A stretch of 64,000 bases of DNA from Eledone cirrhosa (Eukaryota). How positions within the stretch are numbered: position 1 is the first letter of the stretch; each line of letters starts with the position of its first letter. A program made the position numbers and the translations under genes. Under the pieces are notes generated by a model. The model saw nothing but the letters and a program-made list of their open reading frames with translations, was not told where the DNA came from and did no database searches. The DNA lies in NCBI GenBank assembly GCA_964016885.1, contig OZ024743.1, forward strand, positions 287,308,001 to 287,372,000. The letters are read 5' to 3'. This document shows positions 52,201 through 63,360 of the stretch, piece by piece.

Positions 52201-53847
52201 GTTTAGCTGCCAAAACAGGACTAACTATGTTAGAAAATCTTTTTTAAAACTGAATTCTATTAGTGAAACAGTAGAACCACATACTACACGTTATCCTCTA
52301 TATAAGGGGAGTCTCTATTAGTTTGCTCAAGCTGATAGGAATAGCATCCAAATCTCCCCAAAACTGCAAATATTGCTTTGAAAAGTTGAGAAATATTGGA
52401 TGATATAAACTTAGATACTCCATGTCCAAAAAGGGCATATTGACCATGGTTTGTTAGTCAGAGTTTACTGGGAACCAAACCAACATCATCAGCAATGGCG
52501 ATGATAACAAGAGGTGATATTATTATTTTATCAATTGTGGAAGTATGCATAGCAAAATTTCTCCATCACATGATGTGAACTCAGAATGTAGAGAGTTGTA
52601 ACTAAATATAGTAATGTATACAGGAATTGTGCAAAACTGGCAGTAGATCCTTGCTAGATTATTTTGGGGGGTGAGGGTGTGACCTCTAATGAAGGAATTT
52701 TGTCAAATTGACTTCTTTTAGAATAATTTTATGAAAACGTTATTTTGTAAAATAATTTGAACTATAGAACAATTTTAAATATATATATTATAAAAAAAAA
52801 ATAGAATTTCTATTCAAAAATTTAATTAAAAAAATAAAGAAACAGTGAGAGAACTTTAAAAAATATCTGTATCTGTTTCATAAGCTAAGAGCAATATGTC
52901 GCAGTTAATTCATTATTTGATCATTAACCCTTTAGCATTTGAACCAGCTGTATCTGGCCAGAATTCCATCACCTCTTTCTGTTCAAACCGGCCATAACCA
53001 GCTGCTCATACTATTGGTCTCAAAATAAATAATATCAAAATCTCGTAGATTCGATATTATGTGAGATAAAGCCTTTACCATGAAAATACAATAGTAAATA
53101 TAGAGTAATGTAAATGCTAAAGGGTTAATGGCATGACAGTGACCTCTTTTGAATGAAATGTGAAATGTAACTGCTATCATCAACGCTACATCTATGTTTT
53201 GAATTAGTACCTATTTCATAATCTCCACAGTGACGAAAGGTAGAGCTCTTTTTGACAGGATTTGAGATGAAGGTGAAGGGGCATGGGTGTAAATAATAGT
53301 TTCTGATTTAGGCACAAGGCCAATAATTTGGGGGGGAGGGAAAAAAGTCGATTAAATTGACCCCAGTCAATTTAATCAACTGTCTGGTACTTTGTTTTAT
53401 CAGCCCTGTAAGGATGAAAGGCAAAGCTAACTTCGGCAGGATTTGAAGTCAGAATGTAAATGGTTGTAAGTCTAAGTGGCAAAGCAGGGTGTTCAATGTT
53501 CTACAAATACTGCCAACCCACCATCCTTGACTGTAGATAATGCCAGGCATTTAGTCTGTTGCTTTCTCCTCATAGTGATTAAAACACATTGAAAGCACTG
53601 TGAATGTTTGAAATTTAAAAGTGAGAGTTCTAAACTGGACAGACAAAACTTTGTCCACTTTTTTTCCAAGGATTCAAGTTTTGTAGATAGGAATAGTTAA
53701 TTATATAGATCCCAGTTATCAACTGGCACTTATTTCCTCAACTAGGATAAAAGCAAACAGTTGACCTCACCAGGATTTGAAATCAGAATGCAAAAGGCTG
53801 TGACTAAATGTGAACACAACTCTTCTTCTTCTTCTTCTTCTTCTTCT

Positions 53848-53895
<48 letters not shown>

Positions 53896-56308
53896 GTGAG
53901 AAAGAGTTATAAAGGAAGAATTGACCCCAGTACAGGACAGGTATTTTTTTATCGACTTCAAAAGGATGAAAGGTAAAGTTGGCACGGACAGGATTTGATC
54001 TTGGAGTGCAGAGAGCTGGACTGAATACCATGAAACATTCTATTGGATAGTCTAACAACTGCTAATTTGTCACCTTACTGTGACTAAATAATTGTTTCTA
54101 CTTTTGGTGCAAGGCCAGCAATTACCCCAGTGCATTACTGGTGCTTTATTTTATCGACCCCGTAAGGATGAAAAGCAAAGCTAACCTTGGCGGGATTTGA
54201 ACTCAGAACGTAAAGGGCCATAATTCTATGCATGGTGTCTGACACTCTACTGATACAGCCAACCCATCGCCCACTCATCTGTGACTAAATAATGCAAATA
54301 ATTTTGATCAATGCTTTTACGATTCTACCAAATCACTGTCAATCCCAAATATTGATTACTTGTATTTTAGTGTAGTTAATTGTATTGACAGGATTGACAA
54401 ATTAATGATAACTAGTTCATTGATCCAACCAATTACAAATAGAAAGAAATATTAGTTCCAGCTGAATTTGAACTGAAAACAAAGAAGAGATAAATTAAAT
54501 ACTGCTAGATGTTATTTAGCCCTAGGTCAAACTTGGTTGAGTAGACTTATGATCAAAATTGTTCCAACTCTGAGCATACAATTTTATTTCAGACATCATA
54601 ATTAGAACTACATAGAGTGGTGGATTGGCACAAATTTTAAAGCATTGAACAAAATTTCTGCTCTTTACGTTCTGAGTTCAAATCCAGCTGAAGTCGACTT
54701 TGTCTTTAATTCTTCTGGCATTGTGAAAATAAAATGCCAGTCAAGACTCCCAAAAGCTAGCCTTGTACCTAAATTAGAAACCACAATTAGAACTATATTA
54801 TCCATTATATTTTTCTGTTCTAAACTGTCAATTGACAGAGTCATAAGAGTGTAGAACAAAATGTATTGCAGAATTTTTCCAAATCTCTGCAGTCTGAGTT
54901 CAAATCCGGTTGAGATCAATTTTGTCTATTATTTTTCATCTTCTTCCCCCACTTATTCCTAAGAGGGTCGTGGGGGCAGTGTCCTCAAACACTCCTTCCA
55001 GTGGGTCCCGTCAGAAGCTGCCATCTCCAACTGGATCCCCAAGTGAAACCAGCTAAGCTCATGGATGTCCCTGGGTCTCCTGCCAGTTGATTTTGCCCAT
55101 AAAATCTATCCAGTGATTCTTTCCTGAGACATTCTAACAACATGCCCATAGTATCAGAGATGTGATCTCTCAATTTGAAGAAGTAGCTGTTCTACCTGGA
55201 GTGACTCTCTGATCTCTGAGCTACGCACTCCATCGAGTAACATTACTCCAAAGACCTTTCGGAGGAACACCATTTCACTTGCTTGTAATCACAAACGTAT
55301 TCTTTCGGTCATTATCCAAGGTAAGGGTTGACACAAAAATCGATTGAAGATAGCGAGTTTGGCTTTTACACCTACCTCCCTTCTGATTACTGCACCAGGT
55401 CCTGCAATTCTTGCACTTAATTCAGCCTCCTGCCTTCCATCACTCGTGAACACGTAGTCCAGTGTAGTAGATTGACTGAACTGTTAAAGCCTTGGACGTG
55501 ATGCCTTGTGGTGTTAGTTCAGGCTCTTTGTGTTCTGAGTTCAAATCCCACTATAGCCTACTTGGGTAGTAGATTTAATCCCTCACTCAATTTAACAACA
55601 CCACCTAGCCCTTGGATGCTTTTAGTAGTCTGTTCTGTTAAAAGCACTTGAGTCATGACTACAGTATGAGGATAGCTCCCCATTCCTTTGATGGAAAACG
55701 CCATGCGCATTGCCCTTCCACCTCTCTAAACAGTAAAATTAAAACAACAAAAAAAGCTGTAGAGTGTGACTAGAAGAGGATTTGATTTCTATTTCTAGCA
55801 TGTTAAGCGATAACCTAGTGGCTTCCACTTTGACTTGAGTAGGGACTCTCTCATTTCTCTGATGTTTCCCAAACAAACGCTCATTGTGATCACTTAATCA
55901 GCAAGAGATAACTAAATTTTCCTCATATCATACCTTACCACACAGATCAACAATTGTGGTGTTCTTTGTAGGTTTTAGAACTTTACAAACTTTCATATGT
56001 AAGATATGATATAATATACATGAACCATGGGAAAGACAAAACTGATCAAAAGCAGTTGCTGATCTATACACTAATATTTTAAATAAGGAAAAGCACATTG
56101 TATAATGTAGTCTTAGATACTCCTAAAAAGACAGAATGGTCATGGCCAGAATATGTCTGCTTGACCAGGGCTAATCTAGAGTTAAACAAGAAGAAGCAGC
56201 AATAAAAACAGTGGCAGTAAAAAAACAAAACATAAAAATGCTCTTACCAGTAGAAATCAGAGTAAATACTGAGGTTAGATATATCACGGCCAAAATTTTG
56301 TAGATCAT
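23137..56308 (-). CDS. Multi-exon gene: predicted secreted protein, signal peptide + 5 Sushi/CCP + PAN/Apple (~385 aa)
   Basis: Eight exons with GT-AG boundaries, all phase 1: 56248-56308, 47824-47991, 45610-45777, 44271-44438, 38541-38708, 34710-34871, 26627-26875, 23137-23150. They sum to 1158 nt in one open frame. Further exons may have been missed. Confidence 0.8.
26627..26875 (-). CDS. PAN/Apple domain exon
   Basis: TTTCAG|GT TGC...GHNKETIENLTLEECQVACLKENWCVSFEHKNQQICHLS...YHEKYCK T|GTAAGT. 249 nt. Confidence 0.88.
28125..29900 (-). pseudogene. Degenerate RTE-like LINE of a third family with (GAA)n tail (other pieces at ~23210-23525, ~31960-32820, ~54940-55450)
   Basis: WQSGVIIPVFKKGNKRDCSNYRGISLLSLPAKVYA, EFEDDTVL, GVPLKQVEK. 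The 3' end is shared among four copies. Confidence 0.8.
30040..30260 (-). mobile_element. CR1/L2/Jockey-like LINE 3' remnant (similar piece at ~52020-52170)
   Basis: FLPSSSSLWNSLSAHVFPTDVDLQQFKLNIN resembles the WNSLP...FK C-terminal motif. Confidence 0.55.
31340..31545. mobile_element. TTAA-flanked piggyBac-type MITE (inverted copy at 52928-53124; related element at ~26984-27234)
   Basis: TTAA|CCCTTTAGCATTTA...TAAATGCTAAGGG|TTAA. The internal sequence is shared with the 52.9-kb copy. Confidence 0.8.
33540..33850. repeat. Degenerate 5-bp satellite (GATCA/GATTG) with inverted terminal part
   Basis: Periodic GGATCAGATT-like units that switch strand near 33805. Confidence 0.75.
34487..34658. 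repeat. ~84-bp tandem duplication
   Basis: ATGGCCATYTCCACCCTGATYGAAGTGAGTAGGGAGG at 34487 and 34571. Confidence 0.85.
34710..34871 (-). CDS. Sushi/CCP domain exon (domain 5)
   Basis: TTTCAG|..SCTILPNITNAMAEFRKPGLVKVTCLKGYTSLADEVEISCSDGTWEESDMNCA G|GTAAGT. 162 nt. Confidence 0.88.
38541..38708 (-). CDS. Sushi/CCP domain exon (domain 4)
   Basis: TTCCAG|..IGPCGEEPNIANAKLTQGKSDTLLVSCLKGYIGTKENETIICQNGTWTQSIMNCT G|GTAAAT. 168 nt. Confidence 0.88.
39490..40310 (-). mobile_element. RTE family A 3' fragment with 3' UTR
   Basis: ORF 39863..40180 matches the C-terminus of the 11.5-kb ORF, and the 3' UTR matches 11080-11340. Confidence 0.85.
41629..41646 (+). other. Primer-binding site, tRNA-Trp
   Basis: TGGTGACCCCGACGTGAT is complementary to the 3' 18 nt of eukaryotic tRNA-Trp and lies 1 nt after the 5' LTR. 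Confidence 0.88.
41647..41882 (-). pseudogene. Gypsy RT core fragment, antisense to the LTRs
   Basis: IDEVTRGLDFMFAYVDDLLIAS...INPAKCVFGTDSLEFLGHLIDSEGIRPLPSKVEAIQ. Confidence 0.9.
43493..43835 (-). mobile_element. tRNA-derived SINE with RTE tail (copy of 14085-14428)
   Basis: Near-identical over its full length to 14085-14428. Confidence 0.9.
44271..44438 (-). CDS. Sushi/CCP domain exon (domain 3)
   Basis: TTGCAG|..ALDCSLKPNITNANVEELNPELLEVTCLEGYKGTKDSETLTCPDGTWTKSEINCV G|GTTAGT. Confidence 0.85.
45610..45777 (-). CDS. Sushi/CCP domain exon (domain 2)
   Basis: TTGCAG|..ALDCSLKPNITNANVEELNPELLEVTCLEGYKGTKDNETLTCPDGTWTKSEINCL G|GTTAGT. Confidence 0.85.
47824..47991 (-). CDS. Sushi/CCP domain exon (domain 1)
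   Basis: TTACAG|..AIDCSLKPNITNANVEELNPELLEVTCLEGYKGTKDNETLTCLDGTWTKSEINCV G|GTTAGT. Confidence 0.87.
48110..48710 (-). pseudogene. Degenerate RTE LINE internal fragment
   Basis: The minus strand gives RTE-like pieces (TWW, AWKVWK, AWKCHYERLMNVENEW, VEGPAI). Confidence 0.7.
48750..49230 (+). mobile_element. Retrozyme-like element Z: 319-bp permuted unit with 5' inverted arm, in (TA)n
   Basis: TTAATTAAGCATACAGTG recurs at 48857 and 49176. 48750-48858 is the reverse complement of a segment spanning the unit junction. Confidence 0.75.
49023..49117 (+). ncRNA. Type I hammerhead ribozyme, U3-A8 core variant
   Basis: AGCU-UUGAUAA(49053-49059)-GCAC caaaaa GUGU-GAAAC AG agcu CU GUC(49089)-AGUU. Distal stem I is AUUUUCAGCAAACAGG/CCUGUUUGCUGAAAAU. 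Confidence 0.72.
49257..49612 (-). mobile_element. Second copy of element X with hammerhead (CUGAUGA at 49557-49551)
   Basis: Reverse complement of ~4015-4373, with the same 3' junction into (TA)n. Confidence 0.85.
56248..56308 (-). CDS. First coding exon: signal peptide
   Basis: ATG...MIYKILAVIYLTSVFTLIST G|GTAAGA. Basic N-region plus hydrophobic core, phase 1 donor. Confidence 0.75.
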
Positions 56309-56510
56309 TCTTGGTCTTTTTTTTTTTAAAATTAATTTATTAATTTGCCTTCTTTTGTAAAAGAAATATTTTGTATTCTCCGCAGCTGCCTGTATAATGC
56401 AGAGTTTGGTTGTTGGTCTTTCTAGATTGTGATTTAATAATGATGTTATAGAAACTTGACTGACCTCTCCCTTCTATATTGGCAATTGTGAACGAAGGGC
56501 TTGAGGTGAC

Positions 56511-56512
<2 letters not shown>

Positions 56513-56600
<88 letters not shown>
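56513..56600. repeat. (GA)n microsatellite just upstream of the gene start
   Basis: Pure GA run ~200 bp upstream of the ATG, with a TATA-like TATTTATA on the minus strand at ~56632-56639. Confidence 0.9.
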
Positions 56601-56604
<4 letters not shown>

Positions 56605-57639
56605 GATTGTGGGTAGTTAATGGTTGTTGTATATAAATAGCTTCTAGTGGCGGGTTGGTTGGGTCAATTGGCTGAAAGTTTGAGCAGGAAACTGTTCTTC
56701 AAGTGGTCAGTGGATAGTTTTAGTAAAGGGCTGGGAAGAAACAATATCTTTGACTTTTGTTTTCATATTTTATTTATTTTCTTGTGTATGCTTGTGTGTA
56801 ATGTGTGTAAGAGACCAAGGATGTCCAAGTCGATAGGATGAGCAACTGAAAGGTCAGTAGATCGCATCTTATCCCCAGCACCGCATTGTCTCTATGTTTT
56901 AAATGTATTTTTAAATGGCTCAGTACACCTATCTGTTGTGAAAGCATGTGGCTAAGTGTTTAAGGTGTTTAACTTATAATTGTAAGGTTGTGAGTTCGAT
57001 TCCCAGTTTCATGTTGTGTCCTTGAACAAGATACTTTATTTCACATTGCTCCAGTCCATTTAGAAAAAACTAGTCATACCATGTAACCCAAAGGGCCAGT
57101 GTTGTCACATACTCTGTCACACTGAATCTCCCTGAGAACTACACTAAGAGTGTATGTATCTCTGGAAGTGGAATGCTGAACCACTAGCACGTTAATTTCA
57201 TGAGCAGGCCGTACCAATGTTTCAACAACTGGAGCACTCTTTGTTGGAACCGACAGAGATCCATAGAAAAAATAAAATACACCTATCTGTAAATAGATAC
57301 TGTGCATAGCATAGCTACGGTAAATTGGCCGAATAAATCACATTTTTGTATATGGTAGGTTTGGGCAATAATGAATGGGTGCAGTGGCTTATGGGTGGTT
57401 GGGATAGACACAACTTGAGTGATGGTGAGAGAGAGAGAGAGTAATCCATTCTTGTACTGAACTGGTATTTATTTATTGAGCTGAAAAAGTTGAAAAGCAA
57501 AGTTGACCTCAATGGTATTTGAGTTCAGAATGCAGTGAGCGAGAACAAATATTGCAAGACATTTTATGTTCTAATGACTTTGCCATGTAATGTGAAACAG
57601 AAATTTGTTGGCAGTTTTGGCACTGAAAAAATTCCATAC

Positions 57640-58075
57640 TGGTGCAATATCATTGATTATTATTCTTCCATAAGTCAAGGTCTTTGTCTAAAAGTCATCT
57701 ATTTCACAAGAAAATACATTAACATTACACAAAACAACCTAGAGATCATTGTGTCTAGTAAGAAAACCATCTTTTAACAAGAATGCTTGCTGGATTAAGA
57801 AGGGCAAAACAAGTGATTTTGATGTCATTACTTTGATGTGGCTGAATAATTTGAGCTGGTAGGCTTATTCTTGTTCAACAAAATGTAGAGCTCTTTTTAT
57901 GGCATAAGATAATGCCTGTGCAGAAACAACAGGATCATGATTTCAAATGCTGCAAAAAGGGGCACAGCTGACACGTTCAGAAACCAAATAGTTACAACAT
58001 TGAACAAATTTTGCCTGAGAGTGATGGTTACAGCAAACCTCATAATTGTAAACTTCTTGGATGTCACATTTTAAA
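57640..58075 (+). pseudogene. Old Naiad-like Penelope RT fragment
   Basis: NIIDYYSSISQGLCLKVIYF...WIKKGKTSDFDV...ELVGLFL...IVNFLDVTF aligns by eye to the RT at 16.0-16.5 kb. Confidence 0.7.
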
Positions 58076-58139
58076 CTAAACATGGAAAACACCAAAAGCA
58101 TTATTCAGACTAAATGTCCAGCTATTGGAACCATTTAAA

Positions 58140-59480
58140 ATTAAATGCACAGTGTGTCAAGTGTGTCTGATCTCATCACTACTGTCTGTTGAGTCATTAC
58201 TGTGAAGTTAGAGGTGGCTAGTGACATCCCACTTGAGCTGGAACATAGAAAGGCTATGTTAGTATATGCAAATGATGTCACCATTATGGTATTAGACATT
58301 ATACACTATGGAAACTGAGGTGGTCAGCATCATAATGAAGGACTATGTGGTAAGATGAGTACACATTAACCAGTCAGTGGGCTTGCTGTACAGCAACTGG
58401 AAATTCAAATCTATGCTGGCCAATGCCGTAAATAATTGGGCTGAAGGTTATTAAAAATGCTTGTAGTTTGATTCAGGACAGACATCCAGTTGAATGGGAA
58501 TTGCAGTGAGTTTATGATCAGGTTCACTAGTTTGACTGAACTGAAGCTATTGCTGAATAGAAAGGGAAGAAACAGAGAACACATACATCATCCCCCTTAT
58601 TTATTACTACCTGACTTTTGTTCCTTGTCTCAGATTTCATCTGAACTAGCTGGTGCATTTGCTCTTTTGTTTCTTGTGGAAGCAATATATTCCACTAGTC
58701 ACCAACATTCTTTGTGTGGAGAACTCAGTAAGCCATGGCTGATAATGTGCAAGCATATGATGATGATGTAGAATCTGCATAGATTTCTAGACAGTGAGAA
58801 GATGAGGACACTGTAACACATGTTTTCCTGCAGCTCATCTCCTTGAAAGAGTAGCAATCCTGAGTCAAACAATCACCTAGCATCTAAAATGTTGTAAAGC
58901 AACAAGTCAGATAACGTTTGCATTCTATAGAGGGTTAGTGTTTAGGATGAGTGACAGCATTCTTGAGAAACTGCTTGGTGTCAGAGATGATTAAGCAAAC
59001 AGACTATTCCTGAAGACTTTTAGCCCAAGAACTATACACAACTTCAAAAAATCCCAAACCAGACAAGTGCTATCAGGGACATTTCTACTTCGGTAGTTTT
59101 TCTCTGTCAGGTGACCCAAATGAAAGAGATTCTCTGGTGAATAAGATCAAAAAGGCTGAACACTCTCTTCTCTGCTTAAGACTTCTTCAAATAGGAGAGC
59201 AAGGTTAGAGTGGAGAAAGAGGTATTACTTTCCAGTGAATTTGCTGAAAGGTGAATGAGTGTTCAGAGTGGCCTGTGTGAATGTAGTAACTCTCAGTATG
59301 TACCTATAGGCTGGAGAACCACAGCTGTGAGAAGACAATTGCCTTTGGTAGTGAGGGAAATCCTGTGTCTATGGGAATCTTTCATTGCCAGGTGGCTGTC
59401 CCTCAATCTGGATGTCTCATTTCATTCTTTTTGTATACTTATGGTTTCTATGCTTGATCTTTTGCCTTGTGACAAATAGA
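58140..59480 (+). pseudogene. Highly degenerate L1/Tx1-like LINE remnant
   Basis: YANDVTIMV (RT motif), CGELSKPWL and a KVRVEKE-like C-terminus, ending AATAAA then (ATT)n. Confidence 0.45.
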
Positions 59481-62084
59481 ATAAACCATTATTATTTTTA
59501 TTATTGTTATAAGGTGGGCTAGTTGTTTGAACCATTTGAGCAAAGAACAAATGCTTTATGGTGTTTGTTTTGGTTCTTTACATTCTGAGTTCAAATTTCT
59601 CTGAGGTCAACTCTGTCATATATCCTTCTGGTAGTCAATAAAATAAAGAACCAGTTAAGTACTGGGGCTTACATAATTGACTTTCCCCTTCCACCATATT
59701 ATTAGCCTTGTGCCAATGTTAGAAAGAATTACTGGCAGTATTGGTAAAGCATCAGACAACATGATTTGCAGCAAATAGTTATGGCCCTTTATGTTCTGAG
59801 TTCAAAATCTACCAAGATTAGCTTTGCCGTTCATTCTTACAGGGTCGATAAAATAAAGTACCAGTCATACACTGGGGTCAATTTAATCAACTTTCCCTCA
59901 CAAAAATTGCTGGCCTTATGCCTAAAGTAGAAACCATTATTATTATTAGTAGTTTGGTTTCAATGAAATGTATGGTGTAGAAAAATGCAGCTACTTATGT
60001 TTGACAATTATTTCTACAAATAAATTGTCAAAGTACACTAAAAAAAGGCAGCATTCAAAAAACAAAACAAAAACAAAAAAAAAACCTAAAAAACAAAACA
60101 ACAACATAACAAAGTCTTCTTCCATTCAATTATGTCTTAACAGGCGTCTGGTTACAGCATCCTTCTTTCTGAAGTACTTGTTTAAATTTTCTATATGGTT
60201 TTGTATTGGGGTGGGGCTCTTCTCCTCAACCTCATTTTATTTTGGAGGTTTTGCATCAATATTTTATGAATAGGCACAAAAACCACACTTACTACTTGCT
60301 ATACAACAGTACAAAATATAATATTGCCCTAATACTATGTCAGAAGACATTATTTGCATTATAACTTTGCCTTTCATCCTTATGGGGTCGATAAAATAAA
60401 GTACCAGTAATGTACTGGTTAATTGCCGGCCTTGTGCCAAAAGTAGTAACAATTATAATCACTATGTTCTTTTTTTATCTTGAGAGGTATCATATACATA
60501 CATCACCTTTCATTGATTACTGGATTTCTTATATGTATATTTATTGCTATAATGATGAATGGTCTTCCATCAGTTTCAATGATGAGCATTCAGTCATTTG
60601 ATCAACTGAGTGTCCAACTCACAAATTAACATGCAAGCAGTTGAGTATTCCATAGAAATATGTACCCTTAACAGGGAGATTTAACATGACATTGTATATG
60701 AAAAGGCTAAATCTTTGAATTACAGGTACAATTTGTTTCATGGGCTCCCACACAATTTCTGTCTACCCAATTTCTTTGATAAGGCTTGTGTTGACTCAAG
60801 GCTATGGCATAGATACTGGAGCTGCCATGTAGTGGGTTTGAACCCTAGAACTCCTAGAAACATTTTGGCTGTTGTCTCTACACATTTAGTTCTACACAAA
60901 TATTATTGCCTCACATCTGTTCTAGTTCACTTGGCACTTCCCCAAAATGGTTAACTAAACATGCACACGCCCCCCCCCCATCAAAAGAAAATTTCTATAC
61001 AAGAGTCCATGCTGTGCCAGCCCTTACACTCACATCCCTGATTCACCCTTCCCATCTAACCCATGCTAACATGAATAGCTGGGAACGTCCCACAATATAA
61101 TGCAAGATGTTGCTTGCTTCAAGGCCACCTCCCAAACCTGACACTTGCTTTCCCACAATAGGATAACCATCTTTCCCCAACCTGACTGAGGGCACAATGA
61201 GCATCCTAGTCTTATATGGGGTAGTGTTGGTGCCACAATAAAATGTACCTGGTCCATCCTGTAAGTTGGTAGTACTAGGGCCGTGATTGAGTAGTTCCAG
61301 ATGCAAAGTGGTTAGCATCCAGTTGTAGAAACCAAGCTAAAACAGAATGTATGAGCTTGACATGGTCATCTGACCTGTCTAGCCTTAGAATGTCACACCC
61401 TGTAAAACAAATGGTAGAATAGAAAACAGACATTAAATGGTGATGATGCTACCCTCCTCCTCCTCCTCATAATCAGCATCATCACTGTTTAATCTTTAAT
61501 TTTCATGCTTGCATGGGTTAGATGAGTATTGTTATGAAACTATACAAGTCAGGTGATCACACATCTTTTGATCACAGTATAATTCCAGACATCACTCACA
61601 TGCTTCAAGGTCACCTCCACAATCCCACATTTGCTCTCTTACTGTGGGATGATGCACCTCCCCAGGCAAGTAATATGTAGCCTGTCCTCTTTCCCTCTCC
61701 CCATTCCCATGGTTACTTTCCCCAACCTGGCTGAGGACACACTGTGCACCATAGGATTGGGAGACTGTGTTAGTATCAGGATTTGAACCAGTCATTCATC
61801 ACTCAGTATGTCACTATCTTATCCACTCAACTAGTTTCAACACATGACTCTCATTTTTGAATAATGAGAACATGATATTCAAGTATGGCTATGAGTTAGA
61901 ATGTTGAATAGAACTCTATCTAGGAAAATATAGAAATAGAAAGTAATTATATATTACATTGATAACTAGGGGTCATCAGGGCAAATAATTAAAGGAAGGA
62001 AAGAATGAGGAGAGCCATTTCTCATAGAATTCATCCTTTCAAAGTCCATTGGTGTATAAAAATAGAATCATCATCATCATCATT

Positions 62085-63115
62085 GCCACTTTTATGTCTG
62101 TTTTTCAGCACAGCTCCATTCATTGTATTCCTTCGTCATCTCTTCTGTGAGGCTCAGCGATTTGAGATCAGCCCTCACCACCTCTGCCTAGGTCTTTCTT
62201 GGTTTACTTCTTCTGTGGTTTCCCTCCACTGTGATTATCTAGCACTTCTTCATCCAGTGATTATTATCCATGTGCATCACATGTCCATATTAACGCAGTC
62301 TTCTCTCTTGCACACTACTTCAGATTCCTCTTAAATCCAATTTCTCCCTCAGTTCATCCAAGCTCTGCCTTTCTCTCACATTTACATTGCATTTCTAACA
62401 AAGCATGGTTGCTTCATTTCTCTCCAGCCTATGCATGTCCTCTGTAGCCACTGCCCATGTTTCACTACCATGCAGTATTGCACTTCGCACACAGGTGTCA
62501 TACAGCCTTCCTTTTGTATGTAGAGAGAAACCATTCCTTGCATCCTATCCTTATTCTAGCTATAATACTCTTGATGTACCCTCCTCCGCTGCTAATTAGG
62601 TCACCTAGATAGCAGAAGCTATCAACCACTTCTATAAATCTTTCCTGAGTTGGCGCTCTTCCCCCTGTGAATCTTCTATGTACAAAGTCTTTCATTCCTG
62701 TTAGTCTACCTGATATCCTACTACATCTCTTGTACTCAGGATTTACATTGTGTACATTGTATAGAGTTTATGCCTACTCCTTTTCTACATATTGAGCAGG
62801 GCCACTTCCCTGAAGGGATCAGTGTCCTATCTTCTTTCATATTTACTAGCAGTTTAGTTTTCGTTAACTTTACTCTCAGACCTTTTGATTCCAAGTTCTG
62901 TTTCCATAGTCGGAACTTATTCTCTAGTTCTTTTATGAATTCAGGTAATTCACTTTAAGAAGTTCCTATGGACAGCCAGTCTCAAACTTCTCTGTTATGG
63001 TCTGGAGAATTATAATGAATAGAAGTGGGCTAAGAAGTGAACACTGATGGACTTCTACCTGAACCTTGAATTCCTCACTAAACTCACTTCCTACTCTCAC
63101 TTTACTGACAGCCAT
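62085..63115 (-). pseudogene. Degenerate RTE LINE 3' half
   Basis: IEVVDSFCYLGDLISSGGG, SGKWPCSICRKGVG and GCP-ELL motifs on the minus strand, with a (TGA)n tail near 62090. Confidence 0.8.
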
Positions 63116-63147
63116 TTATTGCTCGTATACAGGAAACTGACTGGCTA

Positions 63148-63241
63148 GTCTGCTGATATGCAAATTTGGCTGATCAGTGGATCTGCTAATATGCAGATCT
63201 GACTGATCAGCAGTCTGCTAATATGCTAATCAGGCCAATCA
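63148..63241 (+). promoter_or_regulatory. Three ~32-bp repeats with octamer-like cores plus a CCAAT box upstream of a hammerhead
   Basis: ATGCAAAT at 63158, ATGCAGAT at 63191, ATGCTAAT at 63223, CCAAT at 63235. Confidence 0.45.
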
Positions 63242-63300
63242 GTCACTGTATATTTTAGAAAATAGCTTATATTTTCACTAGCTCTGACAGTTGGCAGGTG

Positions 63301-63360
63301 AACAGTGAACTGTACTGATGAAGGGTAATACCCAGAAACATTAGTGTCTGCAGTTCTGTT
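63301..63360 (+). ncRNA. Type I hammerhead ribozyme, canonical core
   Basis: AACUGUA-CUGAUGA(63315-63321)-A GGGU aau ACCC A-GAAAC AUUAGU GUC(63348)-UGCAGUU. Stem I is extended by AACAG/CUGUU. Confidence 0.88.
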
